From: Bdellovibrionales bacterium
GTDB taxonomy: Bacteria; Bdellovibrionota; Bdellovibrionia; Bdellovibrionales; JAMPXM01
DNA length: 64,000 bases
Direction: 5' to 3'
NCBI GenBank assembly: GCA_016713885.1
Contig: JADJOF010000004.1
Coordinates: 133,079-197,078, forward strand
Shown: positions 37,310 to 50,250 of the stretch, one piece after another
How positions within the stretch are numbered: position 1 is the stretch's first letter
How the letters are laid out: each line of letters begins with the position of its first letter
Translations under genes and position numbers: made by a program
The notes under the pieces: model-generated
Seen by the model: the letters and a program-made list of their open reading frames with translations, nothing else
Databases searched by the model: none
Told to the model about the DNA's origin: nothing

Positions 37310-38556
37310 CGATGAGTCATGATCTCAAACCCAAGTAGGATCGGATTTAGACCAATAAATCTGAGTTCTTACACGGAGGTAAGACCATGCCCATCGAGTT
37401 CCGTCGAGCGTACACCGATGAAATTCGGGACCGCTATAAAAATGCAAAGCGAAAACAAAAGTCTGCGATTTTGGACGAATTTTGCCAGGTCTGCGGGTAT
37501 CGGTCCCGCAAGCATGCGATTCAAATTTTAAATGGCAAAGCCAAGGGGCCAGACGCACGTAAGCGCCGGGGCCTGCTTCGCGCTACATCGATGCGCTGAG
37601 CGACTTAAAGGCGCTATGGGGCTTATGAGGCTACATCTGTTCAAAGAAGATGAAGGCGGCTATGCCACTGTGGCTTCCATTTTATAAAACAAGCGACCGA
37701 AGAAAGGCGTTGCTCCTTCAGATGAGCGCCTCGACCATTGATCGACTTTTAAAACTTCATCGAAGGTCGCTTGGAAAAGGGCTCTCAACAACAAGACCGT
37801 CGATAAAAATGAAGACCAAGATTCCACTTAAGCTCTTGGACGGCGAGACGAAGGTTCCAGGTTTTGTCGAAGGCGACACAGTTGCCCACTGCGGAAATTC
37901 GATTGCAGGCGAGTACGCGAACACACTTACGGTCGTCGATTTGTTCTCTGGTTGGACTGAGCTTCGCTCGTGCTGGACAAAAGATGCTGCCGGCGTCACA
38001 AGCGCCGTGAAAAAGATCGAGTCTCGAGTGCCGTTCATGTTGGTTGGTTTCGCTTCAGATAACGGTTCTGAATTCATCAACGACGTTCTCTATTCGTACT
38101 TCTCAAAACGCCCAGCACCAATCAACTTCGTAAGGCGTCGAGCCTACAAGAAAAACGACAACGCCCATGTCGAGCAAAAGAACTGGACCCACGTCCGCGA
38201 GCTTTTCGGCTATGAGAGGTTCGACGATCCATCGCTTGTGCCGATGATGAATGAGATCTATCAAGCGTACTGGTGTCCGCTCCAGAACTACTTCACGCCA
38301 TCGATGAAGCTCGTAGCCAAAGAGCGAATCGGTGGATCGATCAAGAAGCACTACGATGAACCCAAAACACCAGCTCAGCGTCTGCTTGACTGCTCACTTG
38401 TTCCCGAGGCCGACAAAGTCAGAATCGGATCCGAGGTACACTCCAGAAACCCAATCGACCTCAAACAAAGACTCGACCAGAAGCTCAAGGAATTCTTCGA
38501 ACATGTCTATGAGATAAAAAGAAGTCAGAGGCCCAAAACTGGATCCTGACTCATCG
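37310..38556 (+). mobile_element. Candidate rve-type (IS481/IS3-superfamily-like) insertion sequence
   Basis: Imperfect 15-bp terminal inverted repeats: 'CGATGAGTCATGATC' (37310-37324) and the complement of 'GATCCTGACTCATCG' (38542-38556), matching at 14 of 15 positions. They bracket an rve transposase. I could not define a target duplication. Confidence 0.5.
37387..38549 (+). pseudogene. rve (DDE integrase-core) transposase, interrupted as assembled
   Basis: The N-terminal 'MPIEFRRAYTDEIRDRYKNAKRKQKSAILDEFCQVCGYRSRKHAIQIL' continues after a frame change at a G4 run (37568-37571) as 'PASRYIDALSDLKALWGL'. An in-frame TGA (37626-37628) follows, then 'GYICSKKMKAAMPLWLPFY...'. The DDE residues lie in 'EGDTVAHCG', 'FASDNGSEF' and 'NAHVEQKN'. 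Confidence 0.75.
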
Positions 38557-38570
38557 CTCCTTGGTATGGT

Positions 38571-40046
38571 TTAGCCATGAGTCAATACGTGATCGTCTTC
38601 GTGATGCTCTTCGGCCGCATCCGCCGATACAAAACCGTACTCGCGCTCTTTGCGGTAGAGCGTTCGGCGATTGATCCCAAGGATCTGTGCTGCCTTCTCC
38701 TTTTTTCCGCCAGTTTTTTCAAGAACGAACTTCATGTAGCGACGCTCAAGGTCCTCGATTGTCGGCAGTGTGCCGCCGGTCAACTCGCCTTCAAGAAAAC
38801 TCTCACCATCGCTCTTGCTTCCAACCGGAAGATCAGAAATTCCGATCTCGGTTCCACGCGCCAACACCACCGCTCGCTCAATCACGTTCTCAAGTTCGCG
38901 CACGTTGCCTTCCCACGGAAGGCTCATCAGCGATGCCATCGCATCAGACGAAACGCCTTTCACTTTGGAGTGATTCATGCGGGCGTACTTGTGCAAGAAG
39001 TGCTCGGTCAAAAGCGGAATGTCTTCACGACGCAGTCGAAGCGGTGGAATCACAATCGGAATGACCGCGAGTCGGTAGTAAAGATCTTCGCGGAAGCTTC
39101 CGTTCTTAATCGCCCGTTTCACGTCCTTGTGGCTGGCCGCAATAATGCGGACATCGATATCACGGTTTTGGTTCTCTCCGACTGCTCGGATCTTGCGCTC
39201 TTGAAGAATCTGCAACAGCTTCGCTTGCAGTGCCAAATCCATGTCGCCGATCTCGTCGAGAAAAATCGTTCCACCATCAGCCTCTTCAAAAAGTCCGCGC
39301 TTGCGCACGATTGCTCCAGTGAACGCACCCTTGGCGTGACCAAAGAGCTCGCTTTCAAGCAAAGTGTCCGGAATAGCCGTGCAGTTGATTGCAACAAACT
39401 TCTTCCCGCGCCGATTGCCCTGGTCGTGAATCGCACGAGCGACGCGCTCTTTTCCGGTACCGCTTTCGCCCGTGATCAGAACCGATGCATTCGCATCGGC
39501 CACCCGTTGAATCAAATCAAAAACCTCGCGCATGCCAGGTGACTTCCCGATGATGTTGGCAAAGCTCGTCTGGGCACGAGCCACGACCTGCAGACGCTGG
39601 TTCTCACGCTTCAAATGCCGATACGCGGCCGCACGATCAACGGTGACTGCAAATTCAGCCAGCTTGAAGGGCTTAGTCGTATAGTCGTACGCGCCCTTGC
39701 GAATTGCCTCAATCGCCGTTTCGATCGAGCCAAAAGCCGTGATCAAGATAATCGGCACTTCACTGCCCGTCTCTTTAAGACGTTCAATAAATTCAATGCC
39801 GGTCATATCCGGCATATTGAGGTCAGAGATAATGACATCGAGCGCCATACACACGTCGCCGGTCGGTGCATCGGCGAAATCCCTGCGGCCAATTCGAGTC
39901 AACGCATCAACGGCGCTTTGCGACTCGATGACCTCAAAGCCTTTCGTCTTGAGAAAGTCGGCGACCATTGAGCGCATTTCGTTGTCGTCATCAACAACAA
40001 GAGCTTTTCGAGAAAATACCGTCTGTGCGTCTCCGGAACTCAACAT
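38571..40046 (-). CDS. Sigma-54-dependent response regulator (REC, AAA+, Fis HTH), NtrC family
   Basis: 491 aa. REC: 'ALVVDDDNEMR...VIISDLNMPDMTGIEF...ILITAFGS'. AAA+: '[19 protein letters not shown]...ESELFGHAKGAFTGA'. HTH: 'GKKEKAAQILGINRRTLYRK'. Confidence 0.9.
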   Translation of the reverse strand: MLSSGDAQTVFSRKALVVDDDNEMRSMVADFLKTKGFEVIESQSAVDALTRIGRRDFADAPTGDVCMALDVIISDLNMPDMTGIEFIERLKETGSEVPIILITAFGSIETAIEAIRKGAYDYTTKPFKLAEFAVTVDRAAAYRHLKRENQRLQVVARAQTSFANIIGKSPGMREVFDLIQRVADANASVLITGESGTGKERVARAIHDQGNRRGKKFVAINCTAIPDTLLESELFGHAKGAFTGAIVRKRGLFEEADGGTIFLDEIGDMDLALQAKLLQILQERKIRAVGENQNRDIDVRIIAASHKDVKRAIKNGSFREDLYYRLAVIPIVIPPLRLRREDIPLLTEHFLHKYARMNHSKVKGVSSDAMASLMSLPWEGNVRELENVIERAVVLARGTEIGISDLPVGSKSDGESFLEGELTGGTLPTIEDLERRYMKFVLEKTGGKKEKAAQILGINRRTLYRKEREYGFVSADAAEEHHEDDHVLTHG

Positions 40047-40146
40047 GAAACTCCCTTAACGTGGATCATCGAAGCTGATCAGACCAACGGACTGCAATCG
40101 CCCGCCACCGATCTCAACACGATAGAATATAAACCGACCGCAAGAT

Positions 40147-40410
40147 TCAACTGCTATGCCATATTTGTTTAAGTGCGAGCGCTGCATTCATCGACTCTGG
40201 GAATGCTTCACCTTGATACGCGAGACAATTCGACTCCAAACGCTCTTGACGTGCTCGGGCAATTCCGTCCCACTCGCCCAGCCTTTCGCGCTCTAGTGCC
40301 AACCAGTTTACTATCGCGGCTCGATCGGTCAGAGATTGTGCAATTCTGCCACGGCATAACGGTTGCTCTGTCCCATAAATTGACTTTAATAAGAAGTGCT
40401 TCTTTGCCAT
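40147..40410 (-). CDS. Small hypothetical ORF (87 aa)
   Basis: This is the only ORF in the gap upstream of the NtrC-like gene. I see no motif and it overlaps a + strand ORF of similar size. Confidence 0.25.
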   Translation of the reverse strand: MAKKHFLLKSIYGTEQPLCRGRIAQSLTDRAAIVNWLALERERLGEWDGIARARQERLESNCLAYQGEAFPESMNAALALKQIWHSS

Positions 40411-40452
40411 TGAACGACGCGGCCGAACGACGCAACGTGTTCATGGGCGGTC

Positions 40453-42819
40453 GTGTTTTGTGCAACATGCCAGCGACACGAAACTGATGTGACGACACCG
40501 AAAGGACCTGCAGCAGTGAACGACCTCTCTCTCGCAACCACGTTGCATGCATGCCGCCATTGCGGCCAAGAGAGCGCCGATGATTTCTGCTGTGCAGGCT
40601 GCAAAACCGTGTATGCCCTTCTTCATGAAAAAGGCCTTGGCTCATTTTACGAGAAGAAACAAGACGAAAGGCTGCTCCCTGTCGATGCCGAGTGGCTCGC
40701 TCGCGACTGGTCGCGCGTTGTGGTCGATGAGAGCGTGGAGCTACTGCGCTTCCATGTCGACGGTCTGTCTTGCTCGGCCTGCGTTTGGATTTTTGAGCGC
40801 CTCGAGCAGGTTTCACCACTGATTGAATGGTCGCGACTCGACATGAGTCGGTCTGTCTTGATTGTAAAACGCCAAACCGGCGCACCGTTTGCGATGGTCG
40901 CCAAAGCCGTTAGCGAGCATGGATTTAAAATTGAACTTCTCGAATCTGAATCTGATCAAGAGAATCGACTTCGCAAAGAGAATCGGCGCGAACTGATTCG
41001 AGTCGGCGTCGTCGGCGCTTTGACCGGCAACATTATGATCTTTTCCGTCTCGATGTACGGCGGAGCGACCGGAGATTTCGCAACCGGCTTTAAGATCCTG
41101 ATGGGACTGTTGAGCCTTCCGGTCGTCACCTGGGGCGCAGCCCCCCTCTATCGAAATACATGGACCGCTCTCAAAAATCGGCAGATTTCGCTCGACTTCC
41201 CCATTGCACTCGCCGTTTTTTCGGGAGCACTCGCCGGCTGGATTGGGATCTTTTCCGGCCTCGACACCCTCTTCTTTGATTCGGTTTCAATGCTCGTGCT
41301 GCTCCTCCAGGGGTCACGCACTGCGCTTCGTTTTTTGCGTCAAAAACTCGATCCCGCAGAAGATCGTCTTCCACTTTGGATGCACGAGTCGGTTCAAGGC
41401 CTGGACGGTAAGGCCCTGTCACCTGTTGACCTCACGACCGGCCGTCACTTCCGCGCGATGAAGTTCAATCGACTCCCCGTCGATGCCCGAGTGATGTCGC
41501 GCGAAATCGAATGGGATTTCTCGGTTCTCAACGGCGAATCGCGCCCAGTCGTCCTGCCCCTTGGCTCAGAAGTTCCAGCCGGAGCGAGGCTGCTCTCAGA
41601 ATCGGCGGAGCTTGAAACCCTTCGCGCTGCGAGTGAATCGCGAATCGCAAAACTCGTCCGCGATTGGCGAGAAGGCCCGCGAACTCGCCCTTCGATGACC
41701 GCGCTTGCCGATCGCGTCGGTCAAGTCTTCACGTTCGTCGTGCTGGCGGTCGCTGTTGCCGTCATCGCTTTTGTCGATGATGGCTGGATGCGTGCGCTGA
41801 CTCTGCTCGTGGTCTCTTGCCCTTGCGTTTTTGGAATTGCGATTCCGTTTGCAGAAGCCATGGCCATGAAGAGAGCCCAAGAGTCCGGCCTCTTGATTCG
41901 CGAACCGACTTTTTTTGATCGTCTCCTCGCCGCCCGATCGGCCTTTCTCGATAAAACCGGAACACTGACAACGGGCAAGATGACTGTTGCAAGTGCCTAC
42001 TTTGTCGCCTCTCACTCCGACCAGCGGAACAGCTGGCTGAACTTGATCGCCTGGATGGAAAAAAACGACGCTCATCCCGTCGCTCGCGCCCTCTGCGAAT
42101 ATGCCGAACAAAGTGGCAGCCTTAAAACTGGTTTTGCCGTCGCCTCAACACGGCTCATCTCCGGCGGCCGGGAACTTTTGCTCGACGGTGTTCGCTACAG
42201 CGTTCATCCTCTCGCAACCAGCAGCAATCTCTTGGAAGTGGAGTTCACAGCCAATGATGAACGTATCGCCCGCTTCTGCTTTCAAGACCAAATGCGGGAT
42301 GGTGCAAAAGAGCTCGTTTCGACCCTTCGCCATCAGGATCTCGCCGTGATCGTTCTCTCTGGCGATCAACCCGCACCTGTGGCCGCCACACTCAAAGACG
42401 TCGGCCTCGAAAAAGAAAGCGGCGTCGCCTCGTTATTGCCGAATGAAAAGGCCCTTCGAATTGCCCGCTGTCAAACGCCGTCACTCATGATTGGCGATGG
42501 CGCCAACGACGCCGAGGCCCTGCAGGCCGCGACAGCTTCGATCGCCGTTCGCGGCGAGTTCGCACAGTGCTTGGAGGCGGCTGACGCCGTACTTTTGGCC
42601 ACTTCGCTCCACCCGGTTGCCGGAATTTTCGCAATTGCAAAACGTTTGCGACTGGCTCTTGTGCTCTCGCTGATTTTCGCAACGTCTTTCAATTTGGTTT
42701 CGGCGGTCCTTGCGATTACAGGGTTGATGTCACCGCTAATTGCCGCCACTCTAATGCCGATATCCAGTCTTATCGTGACGTTGATTTCGATCTTCTGTTT
42801 AAAAGGAGTAAAGGCATGA
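40453..42819 (+). CDS. ccoI: Copper-translocating P1B-type ATPase, CcoI/FixI-like
   Basis: 788 aa with the N-terminal Cys motif 'CRHCGQESADDFCCAGCKTVYALL', plus 'VSCPCVFGIA' (CPC), 'FLDKTGTLTTG' and 'MIGDGANDAEAL'. It lies directly upstream of ccoS and ccoNO. Confidence 0.85.
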   Translation: MFCATCQRHETDVTTPKGPAAVNDLSLATTLHACRHCGQESADDFCCAGCKTVYALLHEKGLGSFYEKKQDERLLPVDAEWLARDWSRVVVDESVELLRFHVDGLSCSACVWIFERLEQVSPLIEWSRLDMSRSVLIVKRQTGAPFAMVAKAVSEHGFKIELLESESDQENRLRKENRRELIRVGVVGALTGNIMIFSVSMYGGATGDFATGFKILMGLLSLPVVTWGAAPLYRNTWTALKNRQISLDFPIALAVFSGALAGWIGIFSGLDTLFFDSVSMLVLLLQGSRTALRFLRQKLDPAEDRLPLWMHESVQGLDGKALSPVDLTTGRHFRAMKFNRLPVDARVMSREIEWDFSVLNGESRPVVLPLGSEVPAGARLLSESAELETLRAASESRIAKLVRDWREGPRTRPSMTALADRVGQVFTFVVLAVAVAVIAFVDDGWMRALTLLVVSCPCVFGIAIPFAEAMAMKRAQESGLLIREPTFFDRLLAARSAFLDKTGTLTTGKMTVASAYFVASHSDQRNSWLNLIAWMEKNDAHPVARALCEYAEQSGSLKTGFAVASTRLISGGRELLLDGVRYSVHPLATSSNLLEVEFTANDERIARFCFQDQMRDGAKELVSTLRHQDLAVIVLSGDQPAPVAATLKDVGLEKESGVASLLPNEKALRIARCQTPSLMIGDGANDAEALQAATASIAVRGEFAQCLEAADAVLLATSLHPVAGIFAIAKRLRLALVLSLIFATSFNLVSAVLAITGLMSPLIAATLMPISSLIVTLISIFCLKGVKA

Positions 42820-43064
42820 GCATCATCAGTCTTCTTGTCCCGATGTCATTGATGCTTGGACTTGGTTTCGCCTTTTTCTTTGTCAAAGCGGTGCGCAGTG
42901 GTCTGTTTGATGACTGCGAGACTCCGGCCTATCGAATCCTCGACGACGGCGATCTGGTGGTTCCTGCGACTGCGACCGCAGGATGCCTTGATCAAAATAA
43001 ACTGGAATTAGAAGTGCAACTAAAAATGAAGCAGTTAAAGACAAAAGAAGTGCAAACAACATGA
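42816..43064 (+). CDS. ccoS: cbb3 oxidase maturation protein CcoS
   Basis: '[44 protein letters not shown]' is typical of CcoS/FixS. It has an ATGA overlap with ccoI. Confidence 0.7.
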   Translation: MSIISLLVPMSLMLGLGFAFFFVKAVRSGLFDDCETPAYRILDDGDLVVPATATAGCLDQNKLELEVQLKMKQLKTKEVQTT

Positions 43065-43095
43065 ACAGTACAAACAACCGTACCGGAGAGAACTC

Positions 43096-45221
<2,126 letters not shown>

Positions 45222-45225
<4 letters not shown>

Positions 45226-45422
45226 AACAGGAAGCTCTGACTCAGTTCCCTATGACATGGATGACGGCGGCGGGGCTGCTTCTGTTCTTCTTCTCGTTCT
45301 CAGCGATTTTGCTGTGGACTTATAGCTGGCTGAAGACACGGGACATCGATCAAGCAAGCTCGATGGCCCTGTCCGATGGCGAACTTCAAACTTTAACTCA
45401 TCACGATCAAAAGGAGGGCTGA
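45222..45422 (+). CDS. ccoQ: Small membrane protein, CcoQ-like
   Basis: 66 aa with a single TM segment '[21 protein letters not shown]'. It has a GTGA overlap with ccoNO and sits between ccoNO and ccoP. Confidence 0.5.
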
Positions 45423-45424
45423 AC

Positions 45425-46027
45425 ATGAGTACGAAAGATAGCGATATCAAGCCCAACATTATTTTGGATGACGAGAAGGCGATCCTTCTCGATCACAACT
45501 ACGATGGAATCGAAGAGCTTGATAATCCGCTTCCAAAGTGGTGGCAGATTATTTTCTACGGAACCATCATCTTCTCGGTTTTCTATGTCGGCTACTATGA
45601 GTACGGCAGTGGCCCCTCATCGCAGCAAGAGCTTGAGGCCGACCTGGCCGCAGCCAAAGCGCTTGCGCCCCCCGCACCGCAAGGTGCAGATGACATCGTC
45701 GCGAAAATCGACAGTCTAAAAGGCGATGCCGCTGCAATGGCGGCCGGCAAGGTCGTCTACGACGGTAAGTGCTTGGCCTGCCACGCGGACAAAGGACAGG
45801 GACTTGTCGGTCCAAACCTGACTGACAAATTCTGGATCCACGGCGACGGCAAAGCTGCCGCTGTCGCGAAAGTCGTCGTCGAGGGAGTTGCAGACAAAGG
45901 GATGCCACCATGGGGCCCCGTCCTGACTCCTGACGAGCTGGCGCAGGTCAGCGCGTACGTGATTTCAATGCGCGGAACCAATGCACCGGGCGGCAAAGAA
46001 CCGCAAGGTGCCGAAGTCGCCGAATAG
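45425..46027 (+). CDS. ccoP: cbb3 oxidase subunit III (CcoP), monohaem form
   Basis: 200 aa with the N-terminal 'HNYDGIEELDNPLPKWWQIIFYGTIIFSVFY', a single 'CLACH' haem c site and 'GMPPWG'. Confidence 0.8.
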   Translation: MSTKDSDIKPNIILDDEKAILLDHNYDGIEELDNPLPKWWQIIFYGTIIFSVFYVGYYEYGSGPSSQQELEADLAAAKALAPPAPQGADDIVAKIDSLKGDAAAMAAGKVVYDGKCLACHADKGQGLVGPNLTDKFWIHGDGKAAAVAKVVVEGVADKGMPPWGPVLTPDELAQVSAYVISMRGTNAPGGKEPQGAEVAE

Positions 46028-46050
46028 GAATTGAGAGAAGGAAAACGCCA

Positions 46051-47478
46051 ATGGCTGACTGGAATCTACCGGAAGAACGACCCGCCTCTTTTGATGAACA
46101 CGGCTGGAGAATTAAAATTCACCCAGCCGAAGTGAAAGGGGTATGGCACAAGAAGCGCGAGTGGACGCAAATCGTTTTACTCATCGTTTTCTTGGTTCTT
46201 CCGTGGATTCGTATTGGCGGCGCGCAGGCCCTCCTGCTCGACGTCAGCCGACGACAATTTGAAATTTTTGGTTTAAGTCTGCGGGCGCACAACGCGCCCC
46301 TTTTGATATTTGTGCTCGCGATAGCAGGATTCGGCCTCTTCTTCGTCACGGCGATTTGGGGACGAGTTTGGTGTGGTTGGGCCTGTCCGCAGACTGTTTT
46401 TGTTGAAGCTGTATACCGGCGCATCGAGCGCTGGGTTGAAGGCACGGCCGGAGAACGACGAAGCCTGCAAGCAGCACCGTGGTCCATTAAAAAGTTTTTA
46501 AAAGTCGATCAAGTGGCTGGCCTTTATCGCCGTCTCACTTGTGATCACCCATAGCTTTCTGCCTACTTTGTCGGCACCGATGTGCTGGCAGAGATGGTGC
46601 GACGAGCACCATCTGAGAATTGGACGAGCTTTTTATTCATCGTCATCTCAACGGGCATTATTCTTTTCGATTTTGGATGGTTCCGCGAACAGTTCTGCAT
46701 GATCGCCTGTCCCTATGGACGCTTTCAGTCGGTTCTGATGGACGACCAGTCGATGATCGTCGGTTACGACGAAAAGCGCGGAGAACCACGCCGTGGACAA
46801 GTGAAGCCTGGCGACAAGCAAGGCGACTGCGTGAATTGCTTCCGCTGCGTTCAGGTCTGCCCAACAGGAATCGATATTCGTCGAGGCGTACAGATGGAGT
46901 GCATCGCCTGCACCGCCTGTGTCGACGCCTGCGACGACGTGATGACCAAGATGAAGCGACCAACCGGTCTTATTCGCTATTCGACTCTGCAAGAACTCCA
47001 AGCCACTCCCGATCAACAATCAAAGTTTAAGCCGGGCCTTCGCTTCGCCCCACGAACGATTGCCTACCTCGCCGTTATCACGGCTGCGGCAGTTGCTCTG
47101 ACCTATTTTGTTTCGACTCAGAAAGATGTCGATATTCAGGTTTTACGCGGCAAAGGTGTTCCGTACCAAGAGATCACCTTCGAAGGACAAAAAGCCTATC
47201 TGAATCAATTCTTTGTTGAGGCCACCAACACCTCAAATGAAGAGCGCCGAATCGCGGTTGCCATCGAGGACGCTCCGCAAGGCGTCGCAATGATGACCTC
47301 GCAGTCAGAGTTCATCCTTCGGCCCGGAAAAACTGAGCGCATCGGTTTCTTTATTCGCTTTGCTCATGACACTTCGAAGAAAGACATGGAGATCGAGCTC
47401 CGCTTCACAGATGCCAAAGACCCAAGCCTGAAGATCGAGAAGGAGATTCATCTTGTTGGGCCACTCTCCCGTCACTAA
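46051..47478 (+). CDS. ccoG: cbb3 oxidase accessory 4Fe-4S protein CcoG/FixG; two frame changes as assembled
   Basis: 'RVWCGWACPQTVF', 'CPYGRFQSV', 'CVNCFRCVQVCPTGIDIR' and 'CIACTACVDACDDVM'. The frame changes at an A4 run (46500-46503) and again near 46559-46563. The middle segment 'KWLAFIAVSLVITHSFL' reads in a third frame. Confidence 0.8.
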
Positions 47479-48142
47479 TAGCATGCTTCTCGACGGCTCT
47501 ATCGGAGCCGTCGGCTTGATCGCTCTGGCGATCGGCGCGCAGGCTCACTGCGCTCTCATGTGTGGCCCCATCGCCTCGACTGTCAAACGTCCCGCTCTCT
47601 ATACTCTTGGCCGCATCCTCTCTTACGGCATCGTCGGCGCCATCGTCGGTTGGCTCGGTGCCATCGCAAGACCCGAACCCTGGCTCTCCATCACTTTTGC
47701 AATCGTCGCCAGCACGGTCGTCATCATGAGCGTACTCAAAATCCGAGTGATACGCGGCCCTGCGTGGCTCACACAGGTCTCGAGTCGCATCATGGCCGCA
47801 CTTTATCGCGTCGGCCCGTTCGCTCTAGGGCTTGGCACTCCGCTCTTACCCTGCGGTCAACTTTGGTCCGTCATGGGTTTTGCGGCGTTGAGCGGTAGCC
47901 CCTGGAATGCGGCCGCTATCGGTAGCGGCTTCGCGCTCGCATCGACGCCTGGAATTTTATCCTTTGGTTTGGTCCGTGGCTTTGTTGAACGATCCATCAG
48001 CAAGAAGCAGCGCTGGATCCAAACCGCGGCGACAGCGGTTCTTATTATTTTTATGTGCACCGCGAGTGCGCAGTTTGTATGGACCTCATATCGCTTGCAA
48101 CACGAAGATCCAAAGTCACAGACCGATCTCATCTGCCGATAG
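47453..48142 (+). CDS. Membrane protein of the sulfite-exporter TauE/SafE-like family, as often found at the end of cco clusters
   Basis: 229 aa, polytopic, with 'AHCALMCGPIAS' and a second 'LLPCGQLWS'. The start codon is uncertain. Confidence 0.55.
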   Translation: MLGHSPVTNSMLLDGSIGAVGLIALAIGAQAHCALMCGPIASTVKRPALYTLGRILSYGIVGAIVGWLGAIARPEPWLSITFAIVASTVVIMSVLKIRVIRGPAWLTQVSSRIMAALYRVGPFALGLGTPLLPCGQLWSVMGFAALSGSPWNAAAIGSGFALASTPGILSFGLVRGFVERSISKKQRWIQTAATAVLIIFMCTASAQFVWTSYRLQHEDPKSQTDLICR

Positions 48143-50250
48143 ATTAGGATGTGATACTTGCGATACTGATGTCACCGCCGGTGACATCTCCAAACGCGGC
48201 AATTGAAGCCTGCGCCGCAAAGCGGCCTCCAGGACGTCAATTCGATGCTGCGAAACCAAACTCTCAACCCACTCAATGGTGAGCGTCTCACGACCTCGCT
48301 GACCAGTGAGAATCACGCCGACCGATGGTGAGCGCAACAATGTACCTCGGGCCGATATAACAACATCGCCCCACGTCCTCGGCAGCGGAAACGTTCGAGG
48401 AATCGGTGCCCGCACAAAAAGCAGAGTGGCAGTTTCAGGCCCACCAGACCGATCAAATAACTCAAATTGCAACCGCATCTGACGTTCAGAGAAAAATGAT
48501 GTGGCGGCCAGGGCTCCAAAAACAAAACGCCGATTGCTTAGAATGGGGTCTGCAGCAATTCGACTGTGAATCTTTTTACTCCAGTCAGCGTTGTTCAATG
48601 AATCACGCTTAACAAAAACATTCATTGAAACCACGGCATTTTGAAGGCTGTCGCGAATCTTCAATGCCCAACGCAGCCCGGTTGGGAACAGCACAAAAAG
48701 CGGTCTGTCACTATCCCCACCCTGTCGAAGTACTTCATCCGCTGCACCAATAACGACAGCGATCGGATCAAATCCTCGCTCTGGCCTCGAATCCAACTCA
48801 ACGGGCAATTCAATCGTTCGCGAAGTCACCTTTCGGCAGCCCCTGTCGATCTGGTCAGAGAATGTCGCCACCCCCATCACGGAGCGCGGTGGCTTAAGAG
48901 AGAAATTCCTGAGACTCTGTTTCGCGAACTCAAAAATTCCGTACCGACTCGCTAGCGATCGAAAGTGAAATTCCCTCAGAACGGTGAAAGCTGGTGGAAC
49001 ATCCCGGCCATTGTAAGCCGCGACCATGCCTCAAAGACATAGGCTTGAGCCGCGCCATCAAAGAGCGAATGATGACAAGAGAAAATCAGACGGTGTCGCT
49101 CGCCATCGCTTTGAACAAGAAAACGAACACCAGGTTCAAAAGCGAGGTTGAGCCTTCGGCCGCAAAACTCGTCCATTTTTTTTTGATCAAGGCCCACTTC
49201 AAAGTGAACGATGTCGGAAGGCTCAAACCAGGCATCCCGATAAGAGAATCGCTTCGGAGCCCACCAACCCCGAGTATGAGCCGTCCTGAGATAGGGAATC
49301 TCCGTCACCCAGCGCCGCGTGATTGCATAAATGTGTTCGCGATCAAGCCGCCCCGTAAACTCAAATACAAACTGGCTGTTGTATGAAACCGCCGCCGACT
49401 CGTTGTAGAGAACAAACTTCTCAATTCCATTTAGTCGATAAGGTACGCGCGGGCCGCTGGGTATGTCCCGTAAAGCCATCCTTCCGAGTACCTCCTCGCG
49501 CAGTTCTGCGGAATGCGAAAAATCCTGTCCGGGTGAAAGCGGCGGATAGATCTTAATTTTCACCGACCGCGGGAGCACCGGAACCAGTGGCGTCATAACA
49601 AACCCGAGATAGCCCACCAACGCCACGATCTCAGGAGAAAGTCCCAGTGCGCTAGACAGTAGGACACCAACGGTGGCACATAGCATCTGCGCCAAGCTCA
49701 ATGGAAAATACCGAACCTTAAGAAGCCATGGCAATAGCAATGCTCGGCTCAGAAACTCTGAGCTCAAGTAAATCGGATTGATACCGTGAGTCCCGCTAAA
49801 CTTAACGACAACAACAGGAACACTCTGCTCGACAGCAATGTCCGACCACCCCTGGCCCCAGCCATAACAGCAAGAATCTTCTTTTAAAGACCGAAAGGCC
49901 TCGCGATTTCCTCCCGGAAAAATCAGAACCGGAGCACCCGCCTGAAGCGCTTCAACCGCGGCTTCTCGAGTTGCACTGATCGCTCCGATTTTACGAAAAT
50001 AGGATCCCACAAATGGAATTTTAAAAAGAGCCTGGTGATTTAAACCGAAGGCCCTGATCCTCTGCTCATTGAGAAGAAAAACGAGACTGTGACTTTCAAT
50101 CAATGCTCCTGAGTTGTGGTTTGCAACAATCAGCGCCGGTCCTTTCGGTAGGTGCTCGGCCCCCATCACATCGATACGGAACAAGAAACGAAGTACCGGC
50201 CAAAGCCAGATTGCCAACCGATCAATAAAGGCCTGTGAACGATTCGTCAC
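48116..50250 (-). CDS. PlsC/LPLAT-type acyltransferase fused to a condensation/WS-DGAT-like HHxxxDG domain; frame change near 49000-49030 as assembled
   Basis: N-terminal domain: 'PALIVANHNSGALIES...APVLIFPGGNREAF'. Then '...RLIFSCHHSLFDGAAQAYVFEAW'. Track ORF 48976..50250 ends shortly afterwards, and ORF 48116..49027 continues in another frame ('AAYNGRDVPPAF...'), consistent with a single gene. Confidence 0.6.

Noticed and set aside
40208-40885. 225-aa minus-strand ORF overlapping the start of ccoI
   Set aside because: It is an Arg/Ser-rich shadow frame opposite the conserved CcoI N-terminal Cys-rich domain. Other long antisense ORFs were rejected on the same grounds: 2169..2924, 33620..34288, 20982..21503, 22362..23003, 38577..39542 and 19106..19999.
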